DNA of 64,000 nt from a virus (taxonomy: Duplodnaviria > Caudoviricetes): positions 4,213 to 68,212 of IMG/VR virus record IMGVR_UViG_3300028591_000198; one strand, given 5' to 3'. Every line of letters begins with the position of its first letter. The stretch's first letter is position 1. The notes under the pieces are model-generated. The model was not told the DNA's origin and searched no databases. It saw only the letters and a list, made by a program, of their open reading frames with translations. Shown here in pieces: positions 40,810-48,691 of the stretch. The translations under genes were made by a program, and so were the position numbers.

Positions 40810-40868
40810 ATTATTCACCACCTTCCGGATATATTCAAATGAATTATATATGTACGAGAGAATGAAAA

Positions 40869-40894
40869 TGTATGGGGGCGAAAGCCCCCATACA
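40869..40894. repeat. GGGGC/GCCCC hairpin repeat
   Basis: TGTATGGGGGC-gaaa-GCCCCCATACA. Confidence 0.85.
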
Positions 40895-40903
40895 CATTCT
40901 ATC

Positions 40904-42424
40904 TTATCTGCTTTCGAATTTGGTTAACCCGAATAATCCATTCAAACACTCTTTTTCAATTGGGAATGCTGCACGGAGATCTGGACGAACACAATATACT
41001 TTGGAATACATTAAGTCTTCAGCTTGTTTATTTGCTTCGTCTGACCATATACCTGTGCTCTTAACCGTATCGCCATCATAGTCTCCTCCCAGATTCACCA
41101 ATCGGGAATTCGCCATGTTAATAACATCGATGAATTGTGTTGATACTTGAGCATGAGACATCTGTGGATCAATGATCGGATATGTGTTGTATACTTCTCC
41201 ATTGAATTGTATTGGAGTCGTTTTGTTCGTAGACAATACATGAACCTTTGTAAAGAATGCACCGAGATGATCACCAATCGGATATCGAACGGTGTAAACA
41301 TGCCGATCAGCTTTCACAGTGACATTGTAGCAACATAGATAAATGACGTCTGTCAATGTTAGTGGACGAGACACGGGCTGTTTTGTTTTCAGATCCAATG
41401 CATTAAAGATAATCGGTTTTGATTGTTTTGGATCCATAAATATGATACGGAATCTCGCACCCGGATTCTGCATAAAGATCTTGATCAAATCTTCAATCAT
41501 CTTATCGTCATAAATATTGTCGATATCTGCACGACTGATTTCATCCGGGTTTGGATGAATCGATACCAAATTATCATATGAAAGAAATTGTCTCATAGAG
41601 AATTTGATAAACGGCTTAAACATGGACACGATTGACATCAATGGATATCCTGTTCGGAATATTCCAACTTCTGGATTGTTTGAATTGTAACTCGGCGCGG
41701 AGATAACGTTTCGAACAGTCGCAACGGTATTCTTTGCGAGAAGGTTCTTTTGAAGATATCCCGTCTTTGTACCACAGAATTTATGAAGATACGTATATGT
41801 TTCAATCACCGTATCCTGAATCTGATTATATACTTTATATACATCAGAGGTTGTGTGTGCTGTGACACTCTTGTATCCGAGCAGCTTCATATAAATAGAA
41901 TTCAGCTCAGACTTGACGGGTCTTCCATTTCGAACACCTGTTGGTCTCATTGATGTTGGTAACACCAGCACTTTGTCAATGAACAATAATCGTTTTGGTG
42001 ATTTGGTGAGAATATCGATGTTTTGTTCACGACGAGTACGCAGTGTTTTTGCAACATCAATCTGATCCCATATATTATAGAGATCTTTCAGACCGCAATA
42101 CTTTCCTTCCGGTGATTCTGTTAATATACCATCAACAATATCACATCGGATTTCTGCATACGCCATCTTTCGAATGATTCCTCCTGAACGTTGGATGATG
42201 GTCTTTCCAATATTCGGATTGAAAACATGGATCGGGAGTTTGATATATCCACATCTGTATTTCTGTTCCTCTTCTGTTTGACCAAATATTTCCTCCGAGA
42301 ATAATCCCGTCGGATTGAACTGGTTTGTGGAACGATAAATCTGTGGAGATGTCACTTCTTTTAGATCATTGACCTTAATATCCAGATCGATGTCATATAA
42401 AGATTGAATTTTAATCGTAATCAC
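40904..42424 (-). CDS. rpoC: phage multisubunit RNA polymerase, beta' N-terminal catalytic subunit
   Basis: GLFSEEIFG, GYIKLP, VLPTSMRP, KTGYLQKNLL, catalytic GGDYDGD. Confidence 0.9.
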   Translation of the reverse strand: MITIKIQSLYDIDLDIKVNDLKEVTSPQIYRSTNQFNPTGLFSEEIFGQTEEEQKYRCGYIKLPIHVFNPNIGKTIIQRSGGIIRKMAYAEIRCDIVDGILTESPEGKYCGLKDLYNIWDQIDVAKTLRTRREQNIDILTKSPKRLLFIDKVLVLPTSMRPTGVRNGRPVKSELNSIYMKLLGYKSVTAHTTSDVYKVYNQIQDTVIETYTYLHKFCGTKTGYLQKNLLAKNTVATVRNVISAPSYNSNNPEVGIFRTGYPLMSIVSMFKPFIKFSMRQFLSYDNLVSIHPNPDEISRADIDNIYDDKMIEDLIKIFMQNPGARFRIIFMDPKQSKPIIFNALDLKTKQPVSRPLTLTDVIYLCCYNVTVKADRHVYTVRYPIGDHLGAFFTKVHVLSTNKTTPIQFNGEVYNTYPIIDPQMSHAQVSTQFIDVINMANSRLVNLGGDYDGDTVKSTGIWSDEANKQAEDLMYSKVYCVRPDLRAAFPIEKECLNGLFGLTKFESR

Positions 42425-42439
42425 ATCCTTTCGGAATTT

Positions 42440-42452
42440 TACCGAAACGTTT
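42440..42452 (-). promoter_or_regulatory. putative late promoter AAACG-N6-TA
   Basis: Minus strand reads AAACG tttcgg TA. Confidence 0.45.
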
Positions 42453-42465
42453 TTAAAGAATAGAT

Positions 42466-42489
42466 GATGTGGGGCATATGCCCCACATC
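42466..42489. repeat. GGGGC/GCCCC hairpin repeat between divergent units
   Basis: GATGTGGGGC-atat-GCCCCACATC. Confidence 0.85.
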
Positions 42490-42494
42490 TAAAA

Positions 42495-42625
42495 TGAATG
42501 GATACGGCAATGCATCATGATGACCAGTCATGATGCATTCAACCTTTTTGGAGGTTTAACAGCATAGTCAACAATGGAAGTCTAACACACGGCTTGTGTA
42601 GACGAGTTCATCACATGAACTTACA
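42495..42625. ncRNA. candidate structured small RNA C
   Basis: Perfect 12-bp AATGCATCATGA/TCATGATGCATT stem, plus AACCT/AGGTT, TCTA-CAC/GTG-TAGA and AGTTCA/TGAACT stems; no ORF with an RBS. Confidence 0.45.
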
Positions 42626-42638
42626 AATTTGTCGACAT

Positions 42639-42660
42639 GATATGTATATTATTAAATCGC
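42639..42660 (+). promoter_or_regulatory. putative early-type promoter, copy 4
   Basis: GATATGTATATTATTAAATCGC. Confidence 0.45.
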
Positions 42661-42734
42661 ATACGAGAGAGTATAACTTAAAAGTATGCACAAACAAACA
42701 ATTACCATTTACCTATGACAAGGAGGATCATCAT

Positions 42735-44453
42735 ATGCCAAAGATTAAAGATGATAAAATAACGATCATTGAAAGTGATGTTAAAAAGATTCAGACCCGT
42801 CCGACTATGTATATATCATCACTTGGTGAGATGGGTGTATTACATCTTTGCAAAGAAATCATTGATAACAATCGTGATGAATGTTTCAAAGAAGAATCTC
42901 CTGGTAATACAATTCATATTGAAATCACCGACGATTATATTATGTCAAAAGATAATGGAAGAGGTATTCCGACAAAATTATTGCGTGTCGTCCATGAAAC
43001 AAACCAAGCCGGTTCAAATATGACTAGAAGTCATGGTACAACTGCCGGTGAAAATGGAACAGGTACAACTGCTGTTCTGGCAATGTCCAGCTATTTGAAA
43101 GTCATCACGTTAAGACCATCGGAAAAGAAACGATTGACATTGGTATATAAAGATGGAGAGTTGGAATCCGAGACTTTAGAAGATTATAAAGAAAAGGAAT
43201 CCGGTCTGATCACAGTATTCAAACCGAGTAAAAAGATTCTTGGTGTGTCTAAGATACCTGTAGATCTTCTTGTATCATGGATTGAAGATTTCGCATATAC
43301 TTTACCGACAAACATTAACATGTTCTATTCTGTCCATGGTGAACAACGTCAAATTCATCATAAAAATCTGAATGAATATTTCGATCAATTCATTCCAGAA
43401 GATAAACGAATGAGTGTCCCGGTAATCATCAATACAAAAGGAAAATTGAAAGAGATTATTCAGGACAAAGAATATGATAGAAAATTCAATGTCGAAGCAT
43501 GTGTAATGTATTCGGATCCATCATATCATGGTGAAGATATTCGTAAGTCATGGATGAATATGATATGGACTGTTCAAAATGGATCTCATGTCAATGGTGT
43601 TATCAATGGACTATCCAGATATCTGACAGATCGTGTTATAAAACGAAATAAGAAATTGGAAGAAGACGGAGATTTGAAACGCGATATTCTGTCACATCTC
43701 CATGTTGTTGTCAAAGCTACATGTGATTATGCACACATGTTTTCATCTCAGGCAAAATCAACAGTATTCCCAAGACAGTTGACAACGGCTATCACAGAAG
43801 CGGTGTATAAAGAATTATGTGATATGAATCAGACAAAACTCAATGATCTGGTTGAAATCGTCATTCAGAATAACCGTGTTCGAAAAGAAGGGGAACGTGT
43901 CAGAAACATTGCCACTGAGACCAAGAAGAAACAATGGTCGACACCGGATTCGTATTTACCATGTGCTTCTATCAAAACACCGCAACCAAAAGAAATATTC
44001 CTCTGCGAAGGAAAATCTGCACGTGGAGGTATCAGTTCTGCAAGAAATGCAAAGTTCCAAGCGATTCTGATGTTCCAGGGTAAAGCGCCGAATGTATGGG
44101 ATATGACATTGGATCAAGCATTGAAATCCACTGTCTGGTTTGATTTGGTCAAACTTCTTGGATGTGGTATCGGATCCAATTTTGATATCAAGAAATTGAA
44201 TTTTGATAAGATCATTATCGCGACAGATGCTGATGTGGATGGATATCATATTCGTGTTTCTATCTGTGCATTCTTCTTACGCTTCATGCCAGAATTATTG
44301 GAAGCTGGTAAAGTATATATTGCGGAACCGCCTCTGTATAAATTGATGCGTGGAAAGAATATTTCATATGTCGCATCCCAGACAGAATATATCCAAGAAT
44401 GTATTCGCAGTGTTGGTAATATTCAATTGGAATTTCCGGAAGTAAAAGATTAA
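42735..44453 (+). CDS. gyrB: type IIA topoisomerase B subunit, N-terminal part (GHKL ATPase + TOPRIM)
   Basis: EIIDN, DNGRGIP, GENGTG, CEGKSA, DADVDG, EPPLY; RBS AAGGAGG. Confidence 0.9.
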   Translation: MPKIKDDKITIIESDVKKIQTRPTMYISSLGEMGVLHLCKEIIDNNRDECFKEESPGNTIHIEITDDYIMSKDNGRGIPTKLLRVVHETNQAGSNMTRSHGTTAGENGTGTTAVLAMSSYLKVITLRPSEKKRLTLVYKDGELESETLEDYKEKESGLITVFKPSKKILGVSKIPVDLLVSWIEDFAYTLPTNINMFYSVHGEQRQIHHKNLNEYFDQFIPEDKRMSVPVIINTKGKLKEIIQDKEYDRKFNVEACVMYSDPSYHGEDIRKSWMNMIWTVQNGSHVNGVINGLSRYLTDRVIKRNKKLEEDGDLKRDILSHLHVVVKATCDYAHMFSSQAKSTVFPRQLTTAITEAVYKELCDMNQTKLNDLVEIVIQNNRVRKEGERVRNIATETKKKQWSTPDSYLPCASIKTPQPKEIFLCEGKSARGGISSARNAKFQAILMFQGKAPNVWDMTLDQALKSTVWFDLVKLLGCGIGSNFDIKKLNFDKIIIATDADVDGYHIRVSICAFFLRFMPELLEAGKVYIAEPPLYKLMRGKNISYVASQTEYIQECIRSVGNIQLEFPEVKD

Positions 44454-44457
44454 AAGA

Positions 44458-44482
44458 TATGGGCGGGATCATCCCGCCCATA
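44458..44482. repeat. hairpin lying inside the split gyrB
   Basis: TATGGGCGGGA-tca-TCCCGCCCATA. Confidence 0.85.
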
Positions 44483-44535
44483 AATCTGAATACATTCATC
44501 ACATTTCTATACTATGTTGATTCGAGGAGGTCTTA

Positions 44536-45159
44536 TTGTTTATGAGAACATCCGCAAAGAAATTCATTGAAGAGTCCTTTGACTATCTGGAGACATTAAC
44601 AGAAGTGTCATTGGATCGTTCGGTGAATCGATATTTATTGGAACACATCGCACATGGATTGATGATCTTTGGTGGTGTCGATGGATTCATAAAGAATGTT
44701 GATAAATGGATCCGGACATTGGTAAAGACATATCCGGAATTGGGATTCGATCATCAGTCCAATCAGATTGTTGCGGTTATTGATTATACCGATCAAGTTG
44801 TCGTGATTGATGAATCGTTGTATATCGATCTGACATACGTTATTAATATACAAAAGAAATATGGTATGCTTGTCTCTTATGATGGAAAGACTGTAACGAT
44901 CGCGAGATTCTTTGAAGATATTCAGAGAAAATATCCACAAATCAAAGACCGTTATAAAGGTCTCGGTTCTTCTGATGCAAAGGTATCAAAAGAAATCATC
45001 ATGGATCCAGCAACAAGAAGAATCTTCCGAGTTGATGCGTCTGACGTAAATGTCATGAGAATATATGATACATTAATCGGAAAGAACAAGGAAGATATTC
45101 AAGCAAGAAAAGAAATGATCATGAACTTTGAATGGAAACCGTCCGACATCGATACATAA
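44536..45159 (+). CDS. gyrB: type IIA topoisomerase B subunit, C-terminal part
   Basis: RYKGLGS...MDPATRR...ARKEMI, the conserved GyrB tail; own RBS GAGGAGG. Confidence 0.85.
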   Translation: MFMRTSAKKFIEESFDYLETLTEVSLDRSVNRYLLEHIAHGLMIFGGVDGFIKNVDKWIRTLVKTYPELGFDHQSNQIVAVIDYTDQVVVIDESLYIDLTYVINIQKKYGMLVSYDGKTVTIARFFEDIQRKYPQIKDRYKGLGSSDAKVSKEIIMDPATRRIFRVDASDVNVMRIYDTLIGKNKEDIQARKEMIMNFEWKPSDIDT

Positions 45160-45172
45160 GGAGGAATGTACA

Positions 45173-47173
45173 ATGGATTGGATGCATGATGCAAAATATG
45201 AACTGTTTGATGATCTGATCAATTTAGACGAGATCACAACAGAAGAACAGATTCATGAATTATTGGGAGATCCTATTGTATTAGAACGATACGTGAATAA
45301 CTATGACTGGTTGTTCAATCGTGTTGTTGGTATTGCGGAACTTTGTTGGGGTAACAAGGATAAACATGGAAAGAAACTCCAGACGGTTCCGATTAAACTG
45401 AAAATCCATATCGATGACAAAGAGACGAAGGAAACATATGCAACACAACTGAATCGTTTGATGTATACATTATCATTCTTGCGTCCAATCATTATGTATC
45501 TGGACGATATCAAGATCGAAGATTTCTTGCTGAGAAATTATCTGACTGAAAAAGAACGTTGTAAGATTCAAGATAAGATCGTTCGTGTATTACAACAATT
45601 CGGAACTCCAATCACGGAAATCCAAGAAAAGATGGCTCGGTTATCTTTGGATTGGAAGATGTTAATGATTGATTTCTCCAAGGCAGATATGCAAGTATAC
45701 ACTGCAGAAAATCTGTTCTTAAATCATTATCGTGATTCTGAAGTCATCCGGGAAATCAATAATACCGAGTATCCTCCTGATATGCAAACTGCGGATATCG
45801 TTGAGGAGAATGCCAGACGTTATCAAATTCTGGAACAGGTGATGGTTGAACGCGGTAATCCGTTCTTCATCAATAACAAGTATACGAAACTGGTGAAACC
45901 GAAACAGATGGAGGAATTATATATCAACTTCTCCCAGATTCCGGATGGAAGAAATATCATTCCTGTCATCATGAATGGTAATGGATTCCGTGCTGGATAT
46001 CATTCATTACCAGTATTCTATACAGGTGCAATTGCAGCACGTGTTCCTGATATTATGAATAAGGATTACATGGGTGCTGCCGGATACTTCAACAGAAACT
46101 TGATGATGTTGGCATATGGCACAGTTTCATCAACGGTATGGGATTGCGGTTCTCAAAATCCAATCCCAATTGATATTGATGAAACCATGCTCGAGATGTT
46201 TGACGGAAGATACTATTATGAAGAAAAGGGTTCTGGAATTCTGAAGGTTCTGCATAAGGATGATAAATCCAAACTCGGGAAGAAATTGTGGTTCCGTTCT
46301 CCGTGTACATGTAATCTGAACGAAGACGTTTGCCATGTATGTTATGGTCAACGCGCTTTGAAAGTCGGAGACTTGAAAGGCGGTTTCATCTATACAACAG
46401 AATTGATGACTTCTCGAGTTTCACAGAATATACTTTCTGCAAAGCATCTGTTGAAATCAAATGCGGAAAAGATTGAGTATTCGGAATCGTTTGATAAATT
46501 CTTCGTGGTTGATATGTCTACCATCATTCCAAAGGATGATAAACGATTCGATATTTATATCCGTGAGGATTATCTGGATAATATCTCCGAACAGTTCACA
46601 TGTTATATCGGAAAAGATATGATTCCTGTAACGATTTCAAATTATGCATCCATCTCTATTTCGGAAAGTATACTGGATAAATGCAAGGATGTTGTCATTG
46701 ATGATGTCACATATTACAAGATTACATCCCATAAGATATTGGATGCAGGTGGACAATTTGCAGTCGTCATCCCGATTAATATCATGATGACAAAGAAGTA
46801 TATGGATATCATGAAACTGTTTGAATCCGATATCACAAAATTCCAAACCATATCCGAAATTGTCATGGCTCTTGCAAGAATGTGTCATGGATTGATTCCG
46901 ATTCTTTCAACACACGGAGAGATCCTGATTGGACATCAGATTCGTTCTGTAGAGAATCGTCTGTTACGTCCTGATTGGACTGTGCCGGATCAGCAGTATC
47001 AGATTATGAGATTGAAAACCGTCCTTCAGAATATTGAATCGTTCTCTACCGCGATGTCATTTGAACAAACCAAACATCATTTGTATCATTCGATATTTGA
47101 TGAACGAAATGAAATCAACCGTGTCGGTCCTCGTGGATTCATTGATTTCATGTTTGGTGAGGAAACATTGTGA
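45173..47173 (+). CDS. rpoC: phage multisubunit RNA polymerase, beta' C-terminal subunit
   Basis: Bridge-helix-like AGYFNRNL, Zn site FRSPCTC...VCHVCYG, trigger-loop-like QNILSAKH. Confidence 0.85.
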   Translation: MDWMHDAKYELFDDLINLDEITTEEQIHELLGDPIVLERYVNNYDWLFNRVVGIAELCWGNKDKHGKKLQTVPIKLKIHIDDKETKETYATQLNRLMYTLSFLRPIIMYLDDIKIEDFLLRNYLTEKERCKIQDKIVRVLQQFGTPITEIQEKMARLSLDWKMLMIDFSKADMQVYTAENLFLNHYRDSEVIREINNTEYPPDMQTADIVEENARRYQILEQVMVERGNPFFINNKYTKLVKPKQMEELYINFSQIPDGRNIIPVIMNGNGFRAGYHSLPVFYTGAIAARVPDIMNKDYMGAAGYFNRNLMMLAYGTVSSTVWDCGSQNPIPIDIDETMLEMFDGRYYYEEKGSGILKVLHKDDKSKLGKKLWFRSPCTCNLNEDVCHVCYGQRALKVGDLKGGFIYTTELMTSRVSQNILSAKHLLKSNAEKIEYSESFDKFFVVDMSTIIPKDDKRFDIYIREDYLDNISEQFTCYIGKDMIPVTISNYASISISESILDKCKDVVIDDVTYYKITSHKILDAGGQFAVVIPINIMMTKKYMDIMKLFESDITKFQTISEIVMALARMCHGLIPILSTHGEILIGHQIRSVENRLLRPDWTVPDQQYQIMRLKTVLQNIESFSTAMSFEQTKHHLYHSIFDERNEINRVGPRGFIDFMFGEETL

Positions 47174-47183
47174 GGTGACGAGA

Positions 47184-48248
47184 ATGAATAATTATTCTGT
47201 AAAACAAGTTTCATCTGGCCCATTGACAGGATTGATCAAACCGAAGTACAAATGGATTGCAGCAAATCTCGGGGAACTATATGACGTTCCCCGGGGTTTG
47301 GATGTATTCATTGATTTCAATACACTCATCAAAGCATTATCTGGATATCAGAAATATCTGAATTATCTACCATTTGCAGGACAAGATGTTCAGGTAGATT
47401 TGATTTCTTCATTCTTATCAACATTAAACCATTGGAAGAATTTCACAAAGAAATGGGATAATGTTCGAATCATCGGAATCATGAATTCATTCGAAATGGA
47501 TGAGAATATTGCAGAACGTTCTGTGCTTAAATCGTATCTGGTTCCACATGTTCATATGTATAAGAATGATCGATTTAATCAATTCACATATTTCGTGAAT
47601 GAATCTGTCAAGAGTGTTCAGACCATTCTGAAGTATGTTCCGAACATGTATCTGATTTCATGTGATCAATTCGATTCCTATATGATTCCAAATGTGTTAG
47701 ACGATTATGAACACAGCGGAAGAAAACGTATTGTCATATCCGGAAATTCATTGATGACAAATTATCATTACATGCCGAACACAAAAATCATCTACGCGAA
47801 ATATCGATATAAAGGTATGCAACAATTGACAAATCCTCTTGACATTGTTCAATCCATCACAAAGGTTGATGAAGATATCGTTGAAGAATTTACCAAGAAC
47901 GAAGTATTCTATAATTTATTGAATACAATCGTCGGTGATTTTGATCGAGGTATTGTTGGATTGACTCAAATCGGTATCACGACATTTGCATATAATCTGT
48001 TGAGAGGTGTCGAACAAAATCGAATCCATGAGAATCCAAAGAGTGTTGAATCATGTTTACCGGTTATCGATAAACCATATCACGATTATATTTTGAAATC
48101 ATATCCGTTGGTTGACATTCATCAACATACAAAGATGATTCCAAAATCATCCATACAGAACGTGAAATCAAATATGATTGACATGGTTGATATTGATGGA
48201 CTGAGAAGTCTATCTATTGATGGTCTGAACTTGCTTGAATTGCTATAA
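47184..48248 (+). CDS. 5'-3' exonuclease/flap nuclease (T4 RNase H-like)
   Basis: N-terminal VFIDFNTL and H3TH-like IVGDFDRGIVGLTQIG. Confidence 0.6.
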   Translation: MNNYSVKQVSSGPLTGLIKPKYKWIAANLGELYDVPRGLDVFIDFNTLIKALSGYQKYLNYLPFAGQDVQVDLISSFLSTLNHWKNFTKKWDNVRIIGIMNSFEMDENIAERSVLKSYLVPHVHMYKNDRFNQFTYFVNESVKSVQTILKYVPNMYLISCDQFDSYMIPNVLDDYEHSGRKRIVISGNSLMTNYHYMPNTKIIYAKYRYKGMQQLTNPLDIVQSITKVDEDIVEEFTKNEVFYNLLNTIVGDFDRGIVGLTQIGITTFAYNLLRGVEQNRIHENPKSVESCLPVIDKPYHDYILKSYPLVDIHQHTKMIPKSSIQNVKSNMIDMVDIDGLRSLSIDGLNLLELL

Positions 48249-48253
48249 ACATA

Positions 48254-48287
48254 TAAGATTATTATGCGGGTAAGATTATTATGCGGG
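48254..48287 (+). repeat. 17-bp perfect tandem duplication
   Basis: TAAGATTATTATGCGGG twice, overlapping the left arm of a hairpin. Confidence 0.9.
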
Positions 48288-48306
48288 GCTGTCCGCCCCG
48301 CATAAT
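48278..48306. repeat. GGGGC/GCCCC hairpin repeat
   Basis: ATTATGCGGGGC-tgtcc-GCCCCGCATAAT. Confidence 0.85.
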
Positions 48307-48308
48307 CT

Positions 48309-48395
48309 CATGAATTTGGCAATGCATGTCAGTGTGTACCACTGGTCGACAAAAGTCGTACCAAATCCATACACAGCTGTAGTTTGCATTTCATT
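48309..48395. ncRNA. candidate structured small RNA D
   Basis: Nested stems AATGCA/TGCATT, TGTGTA/TACACA and CGAC-aaaa-GTCG. Confidence 0.35.
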
Positions 48396-48396
48396 T

Positions 48397-48420
48397 TTTC
48401 ATATGTATATAATTAATGTG
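48397..48420 (+). promoter_or_regulatory. putative early promoter, copy 5
   Basis: TTTCATATGTATATAATTAATGTG. Confidence 0.65.
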
Positions 48421-48422
48421 TA

Positions 48423-48663
48423 GCAAAGGGAATCATCAAGTCATGCAATCTCGCATAGAGGAGATGATAGCATGTTTAGAATTGATCACGAAACATCAAC
48501 AAGAATCGAACGGATCATTCGTTTGATGGAATCCGGAAATATCCGGATCAATAACACTGAACCCTCTGCACCACCAGAGGTTCAAGAACTCGTCGATGAA
48601 GAACAACGGCTGATAGAATACAGCCGTTCAATCGTATCAGCATGACTTGATTTATCCCTTTGC
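48423..48663 (+). ncRNA. panhandle-closed leader RNA E
   Basis: 48423-48446 pairs with 48640-48663 (12 bp + 3x3 loop + 9 bp); internal hairpins are also present. Confidence 0.6.
48472..48645 (+). CDS. 57-aa micro-protein MFRIDHETSTRIERIIRLMESG...SRSIVSA
   Basis: RBS GAGGAG; read by hand; the stop codon lies within the panhandle. Confidence 0.65.
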   Translation: MFRIDHETSTRIERIIRLMESGNIRINNTEPSAPPEVQELVDEEQRLIEYSRSIVSA

Positions 48664-48691
48664 AAATATGTTTTGAAAGTGAGGAATTAAA

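Noticed and set aside
39414-42424. Chimallin (nuclear shell) gene next to the beta' N subunit
   Set aside because: The neighbours are a 321-aa protein, a 55-aa ORF and gyrB; nothing of suitable size or recognisable motif. It could still lie outside the window
44453-44536. Group I intron or T4 gene-60-style ribosomal hop in gyrB
   Set aside because: 82 nt is too short for a group I core; the only nearby GAT is out of frame, an in-frame TGA lies at 44518, and part 2 has its own strong RBS
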